From Rhina ancylostomus (Eukaryota), in contig JARFYF010000071.1 of assembly GCA_030265395.1 (NCBI GenBank), positions 4,713,042 to 4,777,041 of the forward strand: a stretch of DNA of 64,000 bases, written 5' to 3'. The notes beneath the pieces were generated by a model, which searched no databases, was not told the DNA's origin, and was given only the letters and a program-made list of their open reading frames with translations. Of the stretch, positions 25,793 to 37,990 are shown piece by piece. How positions within the stretch are numbered: the first letter of the stretch is position 1; each line of letters starts with the position of its first letter. The position numbers and the translations under genes are program-made.

Positions 25793-26189
25793 GGCCATGC
25801 ACTCCACTCCACCTTTAATTATTGGGTGAGTGTTATCTAGGTCTGAAATGATGCTCATACTATCAGTGACACAAAACCCCCTCCTCAATAGATCATTTCA
25901 CAGAGTGCTGTGTGTCAAGAAATCACGCACAAAAAGGCAGTTAAAAATACAGTACCACAGAATTAGTTAAATGATAGTTTTCTGAAGGCCAAATAAGGTG
26001 CTTGCTGTGCACAATGAATACACACCAGTTAAGAGTAATTGTGGTTTTCATTTGATTAATTATCTTCCACATGGTTGACAAGTTGACTTTTCACAACTTC
26101 GTCCTGTGATTTGAAAAGAACTGGTGTGCATCAGGGAGGTCAGTGTACAAGAACAGGTACGAATGCATCAGCACCCTCTCCCTGATGGG

Positions 26190-26280
26190 AGTCCTGATGA
26201 AGGGTCTCAACCCAAAACATCAACTGTTCATTTCTCTTCATAGATGCTGCCCAACCCATTGAGCTGCCCCAGCAGCTTTG
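26190..26280 (+). ncRNA. Degenerate minimal hammerhead ribozyme motif in a solo PLE terminal repeat
   Basis: AGTC-CTGATGA-A-GGGT-CTCA-ACCC-aAAAC-aTC-aACT; the deviations from consensus are CpG-to-CpA changes; followed by the tagatgctgcc...ccagca PLE-end motif. Confidence 0.6.
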
Positions 26281-26499
26281 AGAGTTGCACCCTCTCCCTG
26301 GTAGGCTAAGCTTGCAAGAGGCACAGTTTGAAGCCAACTAGGATAAAAATAACCACATCCTTTTGCAAATTACATAGACAACAAGGACTAAACAGATTGA
26401 TAGATGGCAACAAACCATAGGATGAGCAAATCAAATTACCAGATGTAATGGGTGAGAAATTCACCTCTAATATGCAGCATTAAATGTTTCCATATACAT

Positions 26500-26850
26500 G
26501 GCAGTACATAGTGGTGCAGCCAGTGGAGCTGATGCCTCACAACTCCAGCAACTGGATTCAATCCTGACCTCCAGTGCTGTCTGTGTGAAGTTTACATGCT
26601 CCCCCCCCATGACCATGTGGGTCCCCCCAGGTGCTCCAATTTCTTCCCACATCCAAAAGACATGCAGGTTGGTAGGTTAATTGGCTGTTGTAAATTGCCC
26701 CTAGTGTGCAAGTAAGAGGTAGAATCTGTGGAGAGCTGATGGAAATGTGGGGAAAATAGGTTACAGGGAAAACTAATAGAGGGGGAATGGTGTGTTCTGT
26801 GAGCCGGTACAGAGTAGATGGTCTGAGATGGCTTCCTTCTATGTCATTAG
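26500..26850 (+). mobile_element. V-SINE-type element
   Basis: Head gtggtgcagccagtggagctgatgcctcac...ggattcaatcctgacc; V-domain-like ggtgctccaatttcttcccacatccaaaagac. Confidence 0.8.
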
Positions 26851-27599
26851 TAAATACAATTTGAAATATGAATAACACTAAGTGGTGGTAGTCACCTCTG
26901 TACAATTGGCTCACAGCTGAATAAATAGTGGGAAGCACAGGCAATGACCAGAATTCTCACTGCTGATCAAAGACAAATTTCTCACCTGTCATTTTAATAA
27001 TAGAGAATAATAGTCAAAATGTTTATAAACTTCTACTTATTTTGTTTTTAAGTGTTTTCCAATACTGTGCATCATTCTGAAGTAAAACAAATAGTAGGAT
27101 CCTGCACCCTAGTACCTAACAATGACATTATTCAATTGGTCACCCTAATAATTCAGGCCAATCAGGGACTGGTTCAGCCTCAATTTTCCATCCCTGTGTA
27201 AAGGTATAGTTCAAAGCCACCAAGTATTGGCAGGAAGATGGGCTCAAGAGCTCACTAGTTCATCTCTCGAAAAACAGAATTCATAACATGAATGTACAAA
27301 ATAAAACTTAGCTCTCCACAGCATGCACAGCACTTCAAATTATCCAGTTCAGTTGCTCTTCTCAATACTGTTTATTCCAGTTTGAAAATATAATTGGACT
27401 ATTTGGTACACAATCGTGCCAACTGTTGACTTTGGTATTGTTAAAACCGTTGAGGGAGAAATTTGTTTTTGATCATTGTAGCTAGCTGAGCCACTGGTTA
27501 AAGAAAAAAATGTTTTTATGGAACACAGCACTGACTAGTTGCAGGTATCTGGAAAGAATCCTTGTTTGAGATTTTTAAATATGTGGATAATATTGGAAT

Positions 27600-28010
27600 A
27601 TTAACAGAAAATGACGGAAACACAACAGGTCAGGCAGCATCTGTAGAGGGAGAAACAGATGCTGACTCTATGCACTGATGATCCTTCAAAAGAGATTGAG
27701 TAAAACAAGATGCACAGAAATGGAGGTGGGGAGAGAGAACAAAAGAAAAGAAACCCAAGGGAAGGTTTGTAACAGGACAGGAGAGATTACATGACTAAAG
27801 GGATAATCATGCAAAGTGAATGAGGGCGGTAAAGCAAAAGAAAAGCTTGTTCTAAAGGAGATGCAAATGTGAACAGCTGAATCATTATCTGAACTTGGTG
27901 TTGTGTCCCGAAGCTGTAATGTGCCTAACTGAAAGATGAGATGCTGTTCCATGTGTTTTGGTTGAGCTCTATTAGAACAGCGCAGGAGGCCAAGGACAAT
28001 AACATCAAAT
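27600..28010 (-). mobile_element. Penelope-like element 3' end (end of the GIY-YIG region plus terminal repeat)
   Basis: Minus strand VIVLGLLRCSNRAQPKHMEQHLIFQLGTLQ is homologous to the C-terminus of the PLE at 56320-56450; then a pyrimidine tract and acagatgctgcctgacctg. Confidence 0.75.
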
Positions 28011-28681
28011 GCAGGGACTGTTACAAGTCTTGTACAATTCAAATAGATGGGAATTCCACAATGACATTTTGCTTGATCAATATCCCTGCCACTGGGTCCA
28101 AGAGCCAACCACTGGAGTAAGTTGGTCCCAGCTACTGGGTGCAATGCCACAACTCTCTGAAGTTAATTTGGCAGAATGATAAAGAGCTTGACAGAGTATA
28201 GGCAGGGATAGAGCTTTCATTGGCTTTAAATACCTGGGACCATGGTCTCAAAATGGCCATTCGCAACTGAGATAAGAAAAACTTTTTTCGCCCAAACAAA
28301 ATGAATATTTAGAGCTCTCTATCCAGGGGGCTGTAGATGCTGTCACTGAATACATTCAAGACAGAGGTCTTCTGAATTTTTGAATATAAAAGGAATCGGG
28401 AAAGATAGGAAAGTGGCACTGAAGCAAAAATCCAATCAATGATTTCACTGAATAAAACAGCAAGTACAAGGAACCTGATAACTTACTCCTGCTTCTATTC
28501 ATGTTCTTATCTCCCTTCAATGTGACCTTCACCACCAAGGTCAAGAGCAGCAATATCATGGGAACACTGTAAACTCCAAGTCCTCTTCCAAGTCACAGAG
28601 CATTACAATATGGACATATATTAGACTTCCTTCAATGTCTCTGCGTTAATGTTCTGGAATTCCCCAGGTAACACAATTGAA

Positions 28682-29840
28682 ACTGGAGCATCTGGACAGT
28701 AAAGACACCTACATTAGACTATTGTTTATTGACTACAGCTCCACATTCAATACTATAATTTCAAGCAAACTCATCACCAAACTCTAACACCTGGGACTCA
28801 ACACCTCCCTCTGAAACTGGATTCTGACTAACAGGCCGCAATCAATGAGGACAGGCATCNNNNNNNNNNNNNNNNNNNNNNNNNNNNNNNNNNNNNNNNN
28901 NNNNNNNNNNNNNNNNNNNNNNNNNNNNNNNNNNNNNNNNNNNNNNNNNNNNNNNNNNNNNNNNNNNNNNNNNNNNNNNNNNNNNNNNNNNNNNNNNNNN
29001 NNNNNNNNNNNNNNNNNNNNNNNNNNNNNNNNNNNNNNNNNNNNNNNNNNNNNNNNNNNNNNNNNNNNNNNNNNNNNNNNNNNNNNNNNNNAGCAAAATA
29101 AAAGAGATGGTCATTGACTTCAGGAAGGGGGGCAGTGCGCATGCTCCTGTTTACATCAATGGTGCTGAGATCAAGAGGGTTGAGAGCTTCAAGTTCCTCA
29201 GAGTGAACATCACCAATAGCCTGCCCTGGTCCAACCACATAGATGCCACAACCAAGAAAGCTCACTAGCACCTCTACTTCCTCAGGAGGCTAAAAAAAAT
29301 TAGCATGTCCACCTTGACACTCACCAACTTTTATCAGTGCACCACAGAAAGCATCCTATCAATGCATCACAGTTTGGTATGGCAACTGCTCTTCCCAGGA
29401 CTGCATGGGTTGTGGACACAGCTCAGCTCAGCTCAGCCAGTCTACCCTCTATGGATTCTGTCTATACTTCTCGCTGCCTCAGTAAAGCAGCCAGTATGAT
29501 CAAAGATCCCACCCACCCCAGACATTCTTTCTTCATCCCTCTCCCATCAGGCAGAAGATATAAAAGCCTAAAAGCGCATACCACCAGGCTCAAGGACAGC
29601 TCTATCCTGCTGTTGTAAGACTATTGAATGGTTCCCTAGTACAATAAGATGGACTCTTGACTTCACAATCTACATTGTTATGACCTTGCACCTTATTGTC
29701 TACCTGCTCTGCACTTTCTCAGTAACTATGACACTTCACTCTAGATTCTGTATTGTTTTATCTTGTACTACCTCATTGCACTGTGTAATGAATTGATCTG
29801 TATGAACGGTATGCAAGACAAGTGACAATAATAAACCAGA
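28682..29840 (+). mobile_element. Rex1/Babar-like LINE (RT to 3' end) inserted into an older LINE tail (28530-28680 and 29845-29935)
   Basis: [92 protein letters not shown]; both flanks match the 13560-13880 family. Confidence 0.88.
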
Positions 29841-31380
29841 CCACCACAGAGAGTGCAGCTGTTCAAATCCTACCACCGCTTTCTTAGGACAACTAAAAAT
29901 ACACAACAAATACAGCCTTGCCATAATTGCAAATCTCTGAAAATCCCAAAAAAACACTTACATATATAGTGAGAAACCTAATTCTGCAACATTTCACCAA
30001 CATTCCAATCAATTCTCAAGATCCTTGCTCTTGTTATTTAGAAATATCCACCATTTAAATGCTGGTGAGAAAGCTGGCATTAGCTAATGGCGAAACAAAC
30101 GTTTTACATGCTGTCATACATGCACTAGTAATAAATACGTCTGATCTTTATTTTACAATACAAGTGAATTCATGATCATGATTGCACCAAGACTCATGGC
30201 TCCAATTCCCCAGCCCACTGAACTCCTAATTCCAACTATGCCATTATATAAGGTATTAAATGAAGCTCCTCACTTTCTTGAAGGAAGTCAAGGCTAAATT
30301 AAAAGTTGTGCCTCAAACACTGCTTCACCTCAGTGCAAATTAAGGAACAATGCATAATTTGGTAGGTAAATTCACTGGGCATTGTCTGAGCCCTGATGCA
30401 CTGGGGTTCAACTACCCAGTGAAATGGATTTCATAAACCGTCAGAAGCTTGGCCTAAGCCATGGTTTTAGCAAATCTGTGCAGCTAATTGCATATGTGCA
30501 CCAAGCAAATTTCAAATCACGGCGTGGAATGCATGTGTGCCCCAAGCTGCCAGGGGGTCCTGTTACAATACAGCACAAACAGGATGGCGAAAGCAATAAA
30601 GTTAACAGCCTCAATAATTGCTTCTGAACAACCAACAATGGGTCGTTCACTTGGATCAGCTCACTGAGGACAAAACCAGGGAACAAATATTCAGAGTAAT
30701 CAAAAGGTTATGTCTGTACAAGAGTAAAACAAGCTTTGGGTCACAATAACATAAAAGATTTGGATGTTGGGAATGTATAACATATTTATTTTTTTACTCT
30801 GCATTTACTTGACTACTGCAAAAAAAAACAAGGAACAATTATGCCCAAATATAATTTTTGTTCACGATGGTACCACTGCCCACACATCTGTTACTGAAAA
30901 TGAAAGCAATTTAAGGCAATGAATTAAGAAAACCATACAACAACCATTTACTGGCTTAAGTGCTTTCTCTCCTGTATTATGTTGGCACTAATACACAAAA
31001 TAAGCTGAGTGACTGCACTGCACTAACCAGAACAAAGAAATAATACAAAGTAGAAGAGAGCTAAGGGAGTATTGGGTGAAGTGAGGCAGATGTTACGCAT
31101 CTCTTGAGGCAAACGATTCAAAGCACTGCAGACTGTGTACAGCAGATTGGTAATCATCTGCTCATCAGGTTAACTTCCTGTTTCCAACTTCCTTGCACTA
31201 TATTTTGGCGGGGGGGGGGGGCAGGGAGGGAGAGGGAGGCATTTTTTAAAATTATTCCCCCTTTTTTGTGTCACCAAGAACCAGCTCCCTGATGGGCACT
31301 ATGTTCTTAGGCAAAACTTGTCTCTGAAGAGCTACACAGAGGAATATCAAAGAGATGGCAAGCTTGCTGATTCTCCCAAT

Positions 31381-31472
31381 AGAAACAGAAAATGCTGGGG
31401 ATACTCAGGCAGCATCTGAGGAAAGAGGAGCAAAGTTACTGTTTCAGATCAATGACACTTCATCAGAATCTG
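31381..31472 (-). ncRNA. Hammerhead-like motif in a PLE terminal repeat, both core boxes intact
   Basis: Minus strand ATT-CTGATGA-AGTGTC-ATT-GATCT-GAAAC-AGT-AACT, followed by cagatgctgcctgagtatccccagcatttt; the cleavage triplet is mutated. Confidence 0.55.
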
Positions 31473-33279
31473 TGCTGATTCTCCTTTCAAGAAAGTTTTT
31501 GACCCACTCTTCCAACAGTCTTTCTGTCATAGTGCGAGTTATTTCAGAACATTGTATTTGAACATTACCCAGTTGTACACACATCCACAAATTCATCCTC
31601 TATCGTGATATATGGTCAAGCCAGTGAGTTGTACTCTGCCTCTGAAATGTATTCCATTGACTTTATAATTAACAACTGGAGTTACAGTTCCAGGCAAACT
31701 GATCTTCTTGCACTTGGCTATTTGAAGAACGGGTTTGAGTTTTATGTCAGGCTTATGGATTCATCAACGGTTGTGTGAATGGATGACATTTAGCAACTGA
31801 AGATCATTTTGGAAAGAAGTCACACACTGAGTAGCATATTCCCAATTGCAGATGGGCTTTCTCCCATTTTCTTTCATGGTAACCAGCTAGATTCTCCTGC
31901 CCGTTTGCAAACTGTTTGAGGTGGACCAGACTTTCAAAGAAAGATTAATAATGGACACTACTGCTGAGAACAATGCCTTGTGTCTGATGAAAACTGACTC
32001 TCTCTAATAAGCCAAGCTCATAGGGTCAAAGACCTTAGGTTATTGGAGTTGGGGTGAGGGGGTGTGGTGGGAGGGACATTTACTGCCATTCTGTGCTACT
32101 CTAAGCAGGATTGGTTCCTGATGAACTTCAGAGATCAGGGATTCAATGCATGGTGCTATGGTAAGCTAGACTGATGTCAGCATTTCCAAACTCAGCCACC
32201 CTTAGGTAATCATCAAATCAGTGTGGCAGCTATTCAGGAAATCAAGCAGCTGTACTCAGTAGCTGAGTACACCATGGTGGGCAAGACTCTGCTGCAGCAC
32301 ATTATGCCACCTAGTTTTGGAACAAAGGTTGACTATGCCTAACTAGGTTGACTAGTACACCAATAATCAGCAGATCCCTCTGCAAAGATGCTTGCAGTCT
32401 CAGTACCTCCAGATCACTGTGTACTTAAGTACCAAGGATCACAGGTTGTTTGTGCACCAGTGCCCTGAACCAATCAGTGACCTTGACCAAACAGTTTTTG
32501 TTACCAACTATTTTTTATATAAATATATTTGCTGGCAGCTGCCTCATTCATGCTAGAATGACAACAAAGTAAGCCATGAAACATGTGGGCCATTTAACAA
32601 CATGTCTTGCAATGCAACACAGACCCTTTGGCAAGATATAACCTCAAATTTCCAGCTTACCTTTTATTTAAGTTAACACTGGCTGTTGCTGTAAATCCCA
32701 AATTTAAACCGAATGGAGAAAATTCTAGGATTTGCACAAACAAACTCGTCAATACTTCTAGATCACGAAGAAGGCTAAAATTTCATCCTCCGTTTCATGT
32801 ACTAAATGTGCGATGGAGTAATAATATGCGGTGAATTCAGCTTCTGATGTCAGTTCTACTAATTTCAGCTCAACATTACTCTCACCACAGATGCTGCTGA
32901 CCTGCTGAGTATTCCCAGCATTAATGTTTTTATTTATTTCTAGCATTTACATATTTTACTTTTGAATTTCAATTATGGTAATTCACACACACAGTGCAAT
33001 ATCACCCTTTTAGCAATTAGGATGGAGAATGTCTATCTAATGTCTAAGAACATCAATTGCACAATGTTTTCATTCATTCTGTCAGATAATATGGCTAATC
33101 CTGATATAGGCTGAGAGTTGGCAGCAGAAAGAAGGCATGCAAAGAGAAAAATCAATAATCTAAAATTAAATTTTGCCTCATCAAATAAAATAGTATTTAT
33201 TTCCTTTTTAACATTGATAAGATAAAGGATATTAGTACTGGGAAATGTAATACATCCCAGTTTCAGTACCCATCAAAGT

Positions 33280-33695
33280 TCTGGTCACCAGACCAAAGGA
33301 AGGAAATGGTTGCGCTGGAGAGAGTGCAGAGGAGATTATTCACCAGGATGGTGCGCGAGTTGGAGAACTTGAGTTATGGGCAGAGATTGGATAGGCAGGT
33401 TTTGTTTTTCCTGGAGTGAAGGAGCACGAGTACTGACCTGATGCAGGTATATAAAATTATGAGGCATAGATAGGGTCGTCAAAATCTCTTTTTTTCCTCC
33501 ATGGTAGAGTTATCAAAAACGAGAGGACATTGGTTCAAGTTGAGAGGAAGGAGCTGTAAAGGGGGCCTGAGAGGAAGGTTTTTTTTACACAGAGAGTGGT
33601 TGATATCTTGAACGCACTGCCAGAGGAGGTGGTGGAGTCAGATACAATCACTACATTTAAGAGACATTTAGACAGGCATTTGAAGAGGCAAAGCA
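33280..33695 (+). mobile_element. CR1 LINE 3' region
   Basis: ALERVQRR..TRMV, LSYGQRLDR, FFTQRVVDILNALPEEVVESDTITTFKRHLDRHL. Confidence 0.85.
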
Positions 33696-34174
33696 AAGTT
33701 CAAATCCCACTGTGGCACCCGGTGACATTAAATTAATTAAATAAATCTGAAATTACGGATTAATACCAGTAATGGGACTACGTCTGTTGCTGAAAATAAT
33801 CTGGGTCACTAAGTTCCTTCAGGGAAAGAACTCTGGACATGTGCGACTCCAGACCCACGCGTCGGAAAAGGACCTGCAATNNNNNNNNNNNNNNNNNNNN
33901 NNNNNNNNNNNNNNNNNNNNNNNNNNNNNNNNNNNNNNNNNNNNNNNNNNNNNNNNNNNNNNNNNNNNNNNNNNNNNNNNATTGGTGTGTAATACAATTT
34001 TCTGACCTTGCCAGAAATAACAAGTTATTTCATTACAATTTGTATGGCTTGGCTTGATTCCTAACACTCTTGCCTCTGTATCACAAGGCTGTATTCCAAA
34101 CCCACTGCAAAACTAGAACGCAAAAAATTAGCACTCATACTTTCAGCCTTCAAAAACCAAATGGAAATGTGTTA

Positions 34175-34520
34175 GACCATAAGATACTGGAACAGAATTA
34201 GGCCATTCAACCAATCGAGTCTGCTCCACCATTCAATCATGGTTGATTTTTTTCAACCCCATTCTCCTGCCTTCTTCTAATAACCCTTAACTGCTTACCA
34301 ATCAAGAACCGATCAATTTCTGCCTTTAATACACCCAATGACTTGGCCTCCACACATCTCTGTAGCAAAAAATTCCACAGATTCACCATCCTCCAGCTGA
34401 AGAAATTCCTCCTCATCTCAGTTTTAAAAAGGACATCCCTTCATTCTGAGCCTGTGCCCTTGGATCCTGGACTCTCCGACTGATGGAAACAGCCTTTCCA
34501 CATCCACTCTATCCAGGTAC
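34175..34520 (-). mobile_element. CR1 3' end (closely related copy at 50190-50490)
   Basis: accataagata...agaattaggccattca...gctgaagaaattcctcctcatctcagttttaaa shared with the 50190 copy. Confidence 0.8.
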
Positions 34521-35704
34521 AACTGATAAGTGTCAATAAAAGGCAGGGTGGGAAATTGGGTTTGGGGACTCTCCACAGGCTGGAGATCCTGCCAAGTGAC
34601 ATGGAATACCTGTAAAAATTTTAGTTTCAATGGGTTGGTGAGCTATTTGACCTGCTGGTATGGACTAATATGTGATCATATGAAATGGTTCTGACAAATT
34701 TTCCTGGCAAAATGGAAGAGGTGATCAGAAAACTTGATGACTTATCCTCAGATAATTTGAAGTGATTACTTGTGAAGGTGAGAGCATTAATCAGTGGAAG
34801 TGTAACACAGGGTTATATTTTCCTGTCCTTTAAAAAAAATTGCACCCCTATCATGCTTTTCACATCTTTTCAGAGCATCCCATAAAGATTTTACAGCCAA
34901 TGGAGTCCTTCTGAAGTACTATACATTTGCTACTGTAATGCAAGATGACTGATTCAGATGCAGCATTTTCCCACTGTGTAATAATGATTAATCTCTTCGT
35001 GATATTGACTGAGGCAAGGGTTCTTGGTCAAGACCCAAAAAAAAATCTCAATTCTCTCCCTAAAAAATATTTTATGGTTGCTTACTACAGGGTTTCCAAA
35101 TCATGTTCCAAGTACCTACTCTAGCTACCAATTGCCTTCTGAAACTTCTGTAATTAGAACAATCAGTTACTCTAATAACCTGATCAACTATTCAACAAAT
35201 TAGCTGCATCCAACATACTAACTTTTGGAGATAATAATGCTTAGGATTCAATTCACTATGTGAGAACTTTGAATGAAAACTCGCAAGCATCAAGTTAACC
35301 CACTCCCTCACAGGCCCCTCTTTCCCCTAAACTTTCTCAATCTTCCTCCGCCAACATGCCTCAGATCCACTCCCCAACTCCCTTCCTCATTTCTTCCAGC
35401 CAACTGGTTCTTTCCAAGGATGAAGAAGCTCTCCAAGCACCAATCGTCCCTCTCTATCAATTCCAGCAGCCATGCCACCCGAGGCCCATGGCATAAGTAC
35501 ACACCACTATACCCACACACCATCCCCACCCCCTTCTCACAAAGCTTCACAGCAGGAAAGCCTTGCAAGAGCTCCCGCTGCCCATCGAATGCTGCAGATG
35601 TGTAAAGGACATGATGGCAGTGGACGTGGGGAAAGTGGGACCCACAAGAGGAATTCACCCCATCCTCAGCCAAAACCTGCAATTCTCCACTTTAAGGACA
35701 GTGA

Positions 35705-35912
35705 GTACGAGATAAATGTTAGCTATGACACCAAGGAGAATTCCCTTGTTCTTCTTCAGAATTGTATTGTGAGACCTATTACATCCACCTCAGTGAGTAC
35801 ACAGACCCTTCAGGCTAACAGCTCATCCATTGAGTACTAGCCTGGATTTGTATCCTCAGACTTCTCGAGTCAGGTTTGAACCCACAGCCGTTATTCAAAG
35901 GCAGGAGTGCTA
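35705..35912 (-). mobile_element. Deu-domain SINE remnant with tRNA head
   Basis: Reverse B-box (gtttgaacccac) and Deu-like ttacatccacctcag / ccaaggagaattcccttgttcttcttc. Confidence 0.55.
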
Positions 35913-36559
35913 AAAAATCAATTCAATTTAAAAGCCATATAAAAGATGATTTCTTTTGTTATCCTCACAGGCACACACACCAGATGGGCAGAAGTAAGTA
36001 AATATCCTTCATGCTGCACTCTTTTCTCCCCCAGGGTTTCCTCCAAGCACTCAAAGTACAAAAAAAATGCTGGAAGTAGACTGCAAAATTTTACTGAAAT
36101 ATTCAAACTATCTTTAACTCGTTTAGATGCTGACTAATCTTGAATACATTTCCATTATTTTTATTTTTAATCCATTCCACAGGCTGTAAACTGCATTGAA
36201 TATTGACCAACGCTAGCACATCAGTAAATCAAAGAACAGTTGGGAAATGCAACACACAGAGATTTCCATCCCTCTGAATAAGGCATTAATGCTTTCATTT
36301 TACAACGCGCACAGCCTATTTACTGTTTGTACAGCCACTGTATTTTATGATGGATATGGCCTGTCCTGAATATAAATGATACCCCAGCTGATGCAAATGG
36401 GTCTTGTACTGAAAGAAATTAACTATCTAATTACCAGCTTAATGCCCAGAACCATAAACAGCCTCGTAAATCCAGCAGGATGCACAAAGTCCAGCATGAG
36501 AAATTTAATGCATGAACCGTGTTATTCCAGCTCTGGCAGCTGTTTTTTGCTCTCCTCCT

Positions 36560-36900
36560 GAACACAGGAACACAACAATTGCAAGTAAACAACAGCAGAA
36601 GTAGGCCACCAGGCCCCTCAAGCCTGCCCTGCCATTCAGTATGATCATGGCTAATCTATGCTGGCCTCTTCTATGCCAGTTTCCCATAAAACTCAATTCC
36701 TCAATCATTCAAAAATGTATTTATCTCCACCTTAAATATATCTAATGTTCTGCCCTCCGCCACTCTCAGTGGCAGAGAATTCTGGAGATTCACTACCCTC
36801 TGAGGGAAGAAACTTCTACAGTTTAAATGACTGGTCCCTTATTTTGTGACCATGTTCACTTGCTTGTGGCTCTTCCACTGGTGAAGACATCTCAACAATC
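36560..36900 (-). mobile_element. CR1 3' end
   Basis: gaagtaggccaccaggcccctcaagcctgccctgccattcagtatgatcatggctaatc...gagattcactaccctctgag; same subfamily as 22005. Confidence 0.8.
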
Positions 36901-37729
36901 TACAGATTATGATTCAAACTTCAAAAATATCAAAGAACAACTTTTTCATATAAAACTTATTGTTCACAAAAGGCTAAAGACTGAGTGAAAAGCCCCAAGG
37001 TCAGCGTCTGGACCTAACCTGGTTAATAGCAAAGTTGCAATGGCTGAGAAAGTGTCAATTATCCATTGTTAGTATTGAAGTTCTGCGACCCCTCCACTTC
37101 TAGAATAGCAAATTGTGATAGGGTTGGGCTCGGTGGTCAAATTTCTTCTTCGTCTGCAGTCCTAGGGATCAAAGATGATTTGCTCCACCGAGTAGTGAAA
37201 GATGCCTATACATGTGATAGTCATTACACACCAGCTATCACACAGTAGTTAAGTTGAAACTTGTCTATATGGCTCTCTCTCTTACAGGGTTCTGGCTGTC
37301 TGTTGAACAGCACTTCAGTTCCTTCAGCAGATGAACAGAAAAGAGTTGTTGTAGTTGGAATAGCCCTGATCACACACCAAACTTCTCATATTGGACTTTG
37401 TGTGTCCTGCAAATGGTTCTGTACATTAAAAAATATCGAATACTAAGACTTCATTTTCCAACACCTGTTCCAAGATGAGTAGTCATTTCAAAATTCTCAT
37501 ACTGTAAAGTCTTAATCCATTACCAAGCTCATAAGCTTTGTTCTGGCTACATACGTGCTTATCCAGGAAATTACTTTCAAATGACAATATGTTATAACCA
37601 AACATATTATTACCTGGATAACAAAGCAATATAATGAATTGACAGATCCACCATGATGGACTGGATTCACTCATAGGAGCTCTCAATAAAATCAGAGAGT
37701 CACAAAGCACAGAAGTGGGCACAGACTTC

Positions 37730-37990
37730 TTCTGTGGGCCCAGCTACAGAACCATCAAACACCCAGCTACACTAATCTCATGTTCTTCTCCCCACACTCT
37801 CACCAGATTCTACAACTCACCTACACACTACACACAATTTACAGCAGTCAATTAACCAACAAATGCACGTCTTTGGAATGTGGTAGGAAACCCACATGGT
37901 CACAGGGACAATGTGCAAATTCCACACAGAGAGAACATCAGAGGTCAGAATCAGACTCAGCTCCTCTCACTGCACCACTCTGCCACCCTT
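37730..37990 (-). mobile_element. V-SINE-type element
   Basis: caatttacagcagtcaattaacc...gtctttggaatgtggtaggaaacccac...tgtgcaaattccacacaga. Confidence 0.7.

Noticed and set aside
32251-32278. Perfect 9-bp inverted repeat TGTACTCAG-TAG-CTGAGTACA followed by ACCATGGT
   Set aside because: Short enough to arise by chance in 64 kb, with no supporting context.
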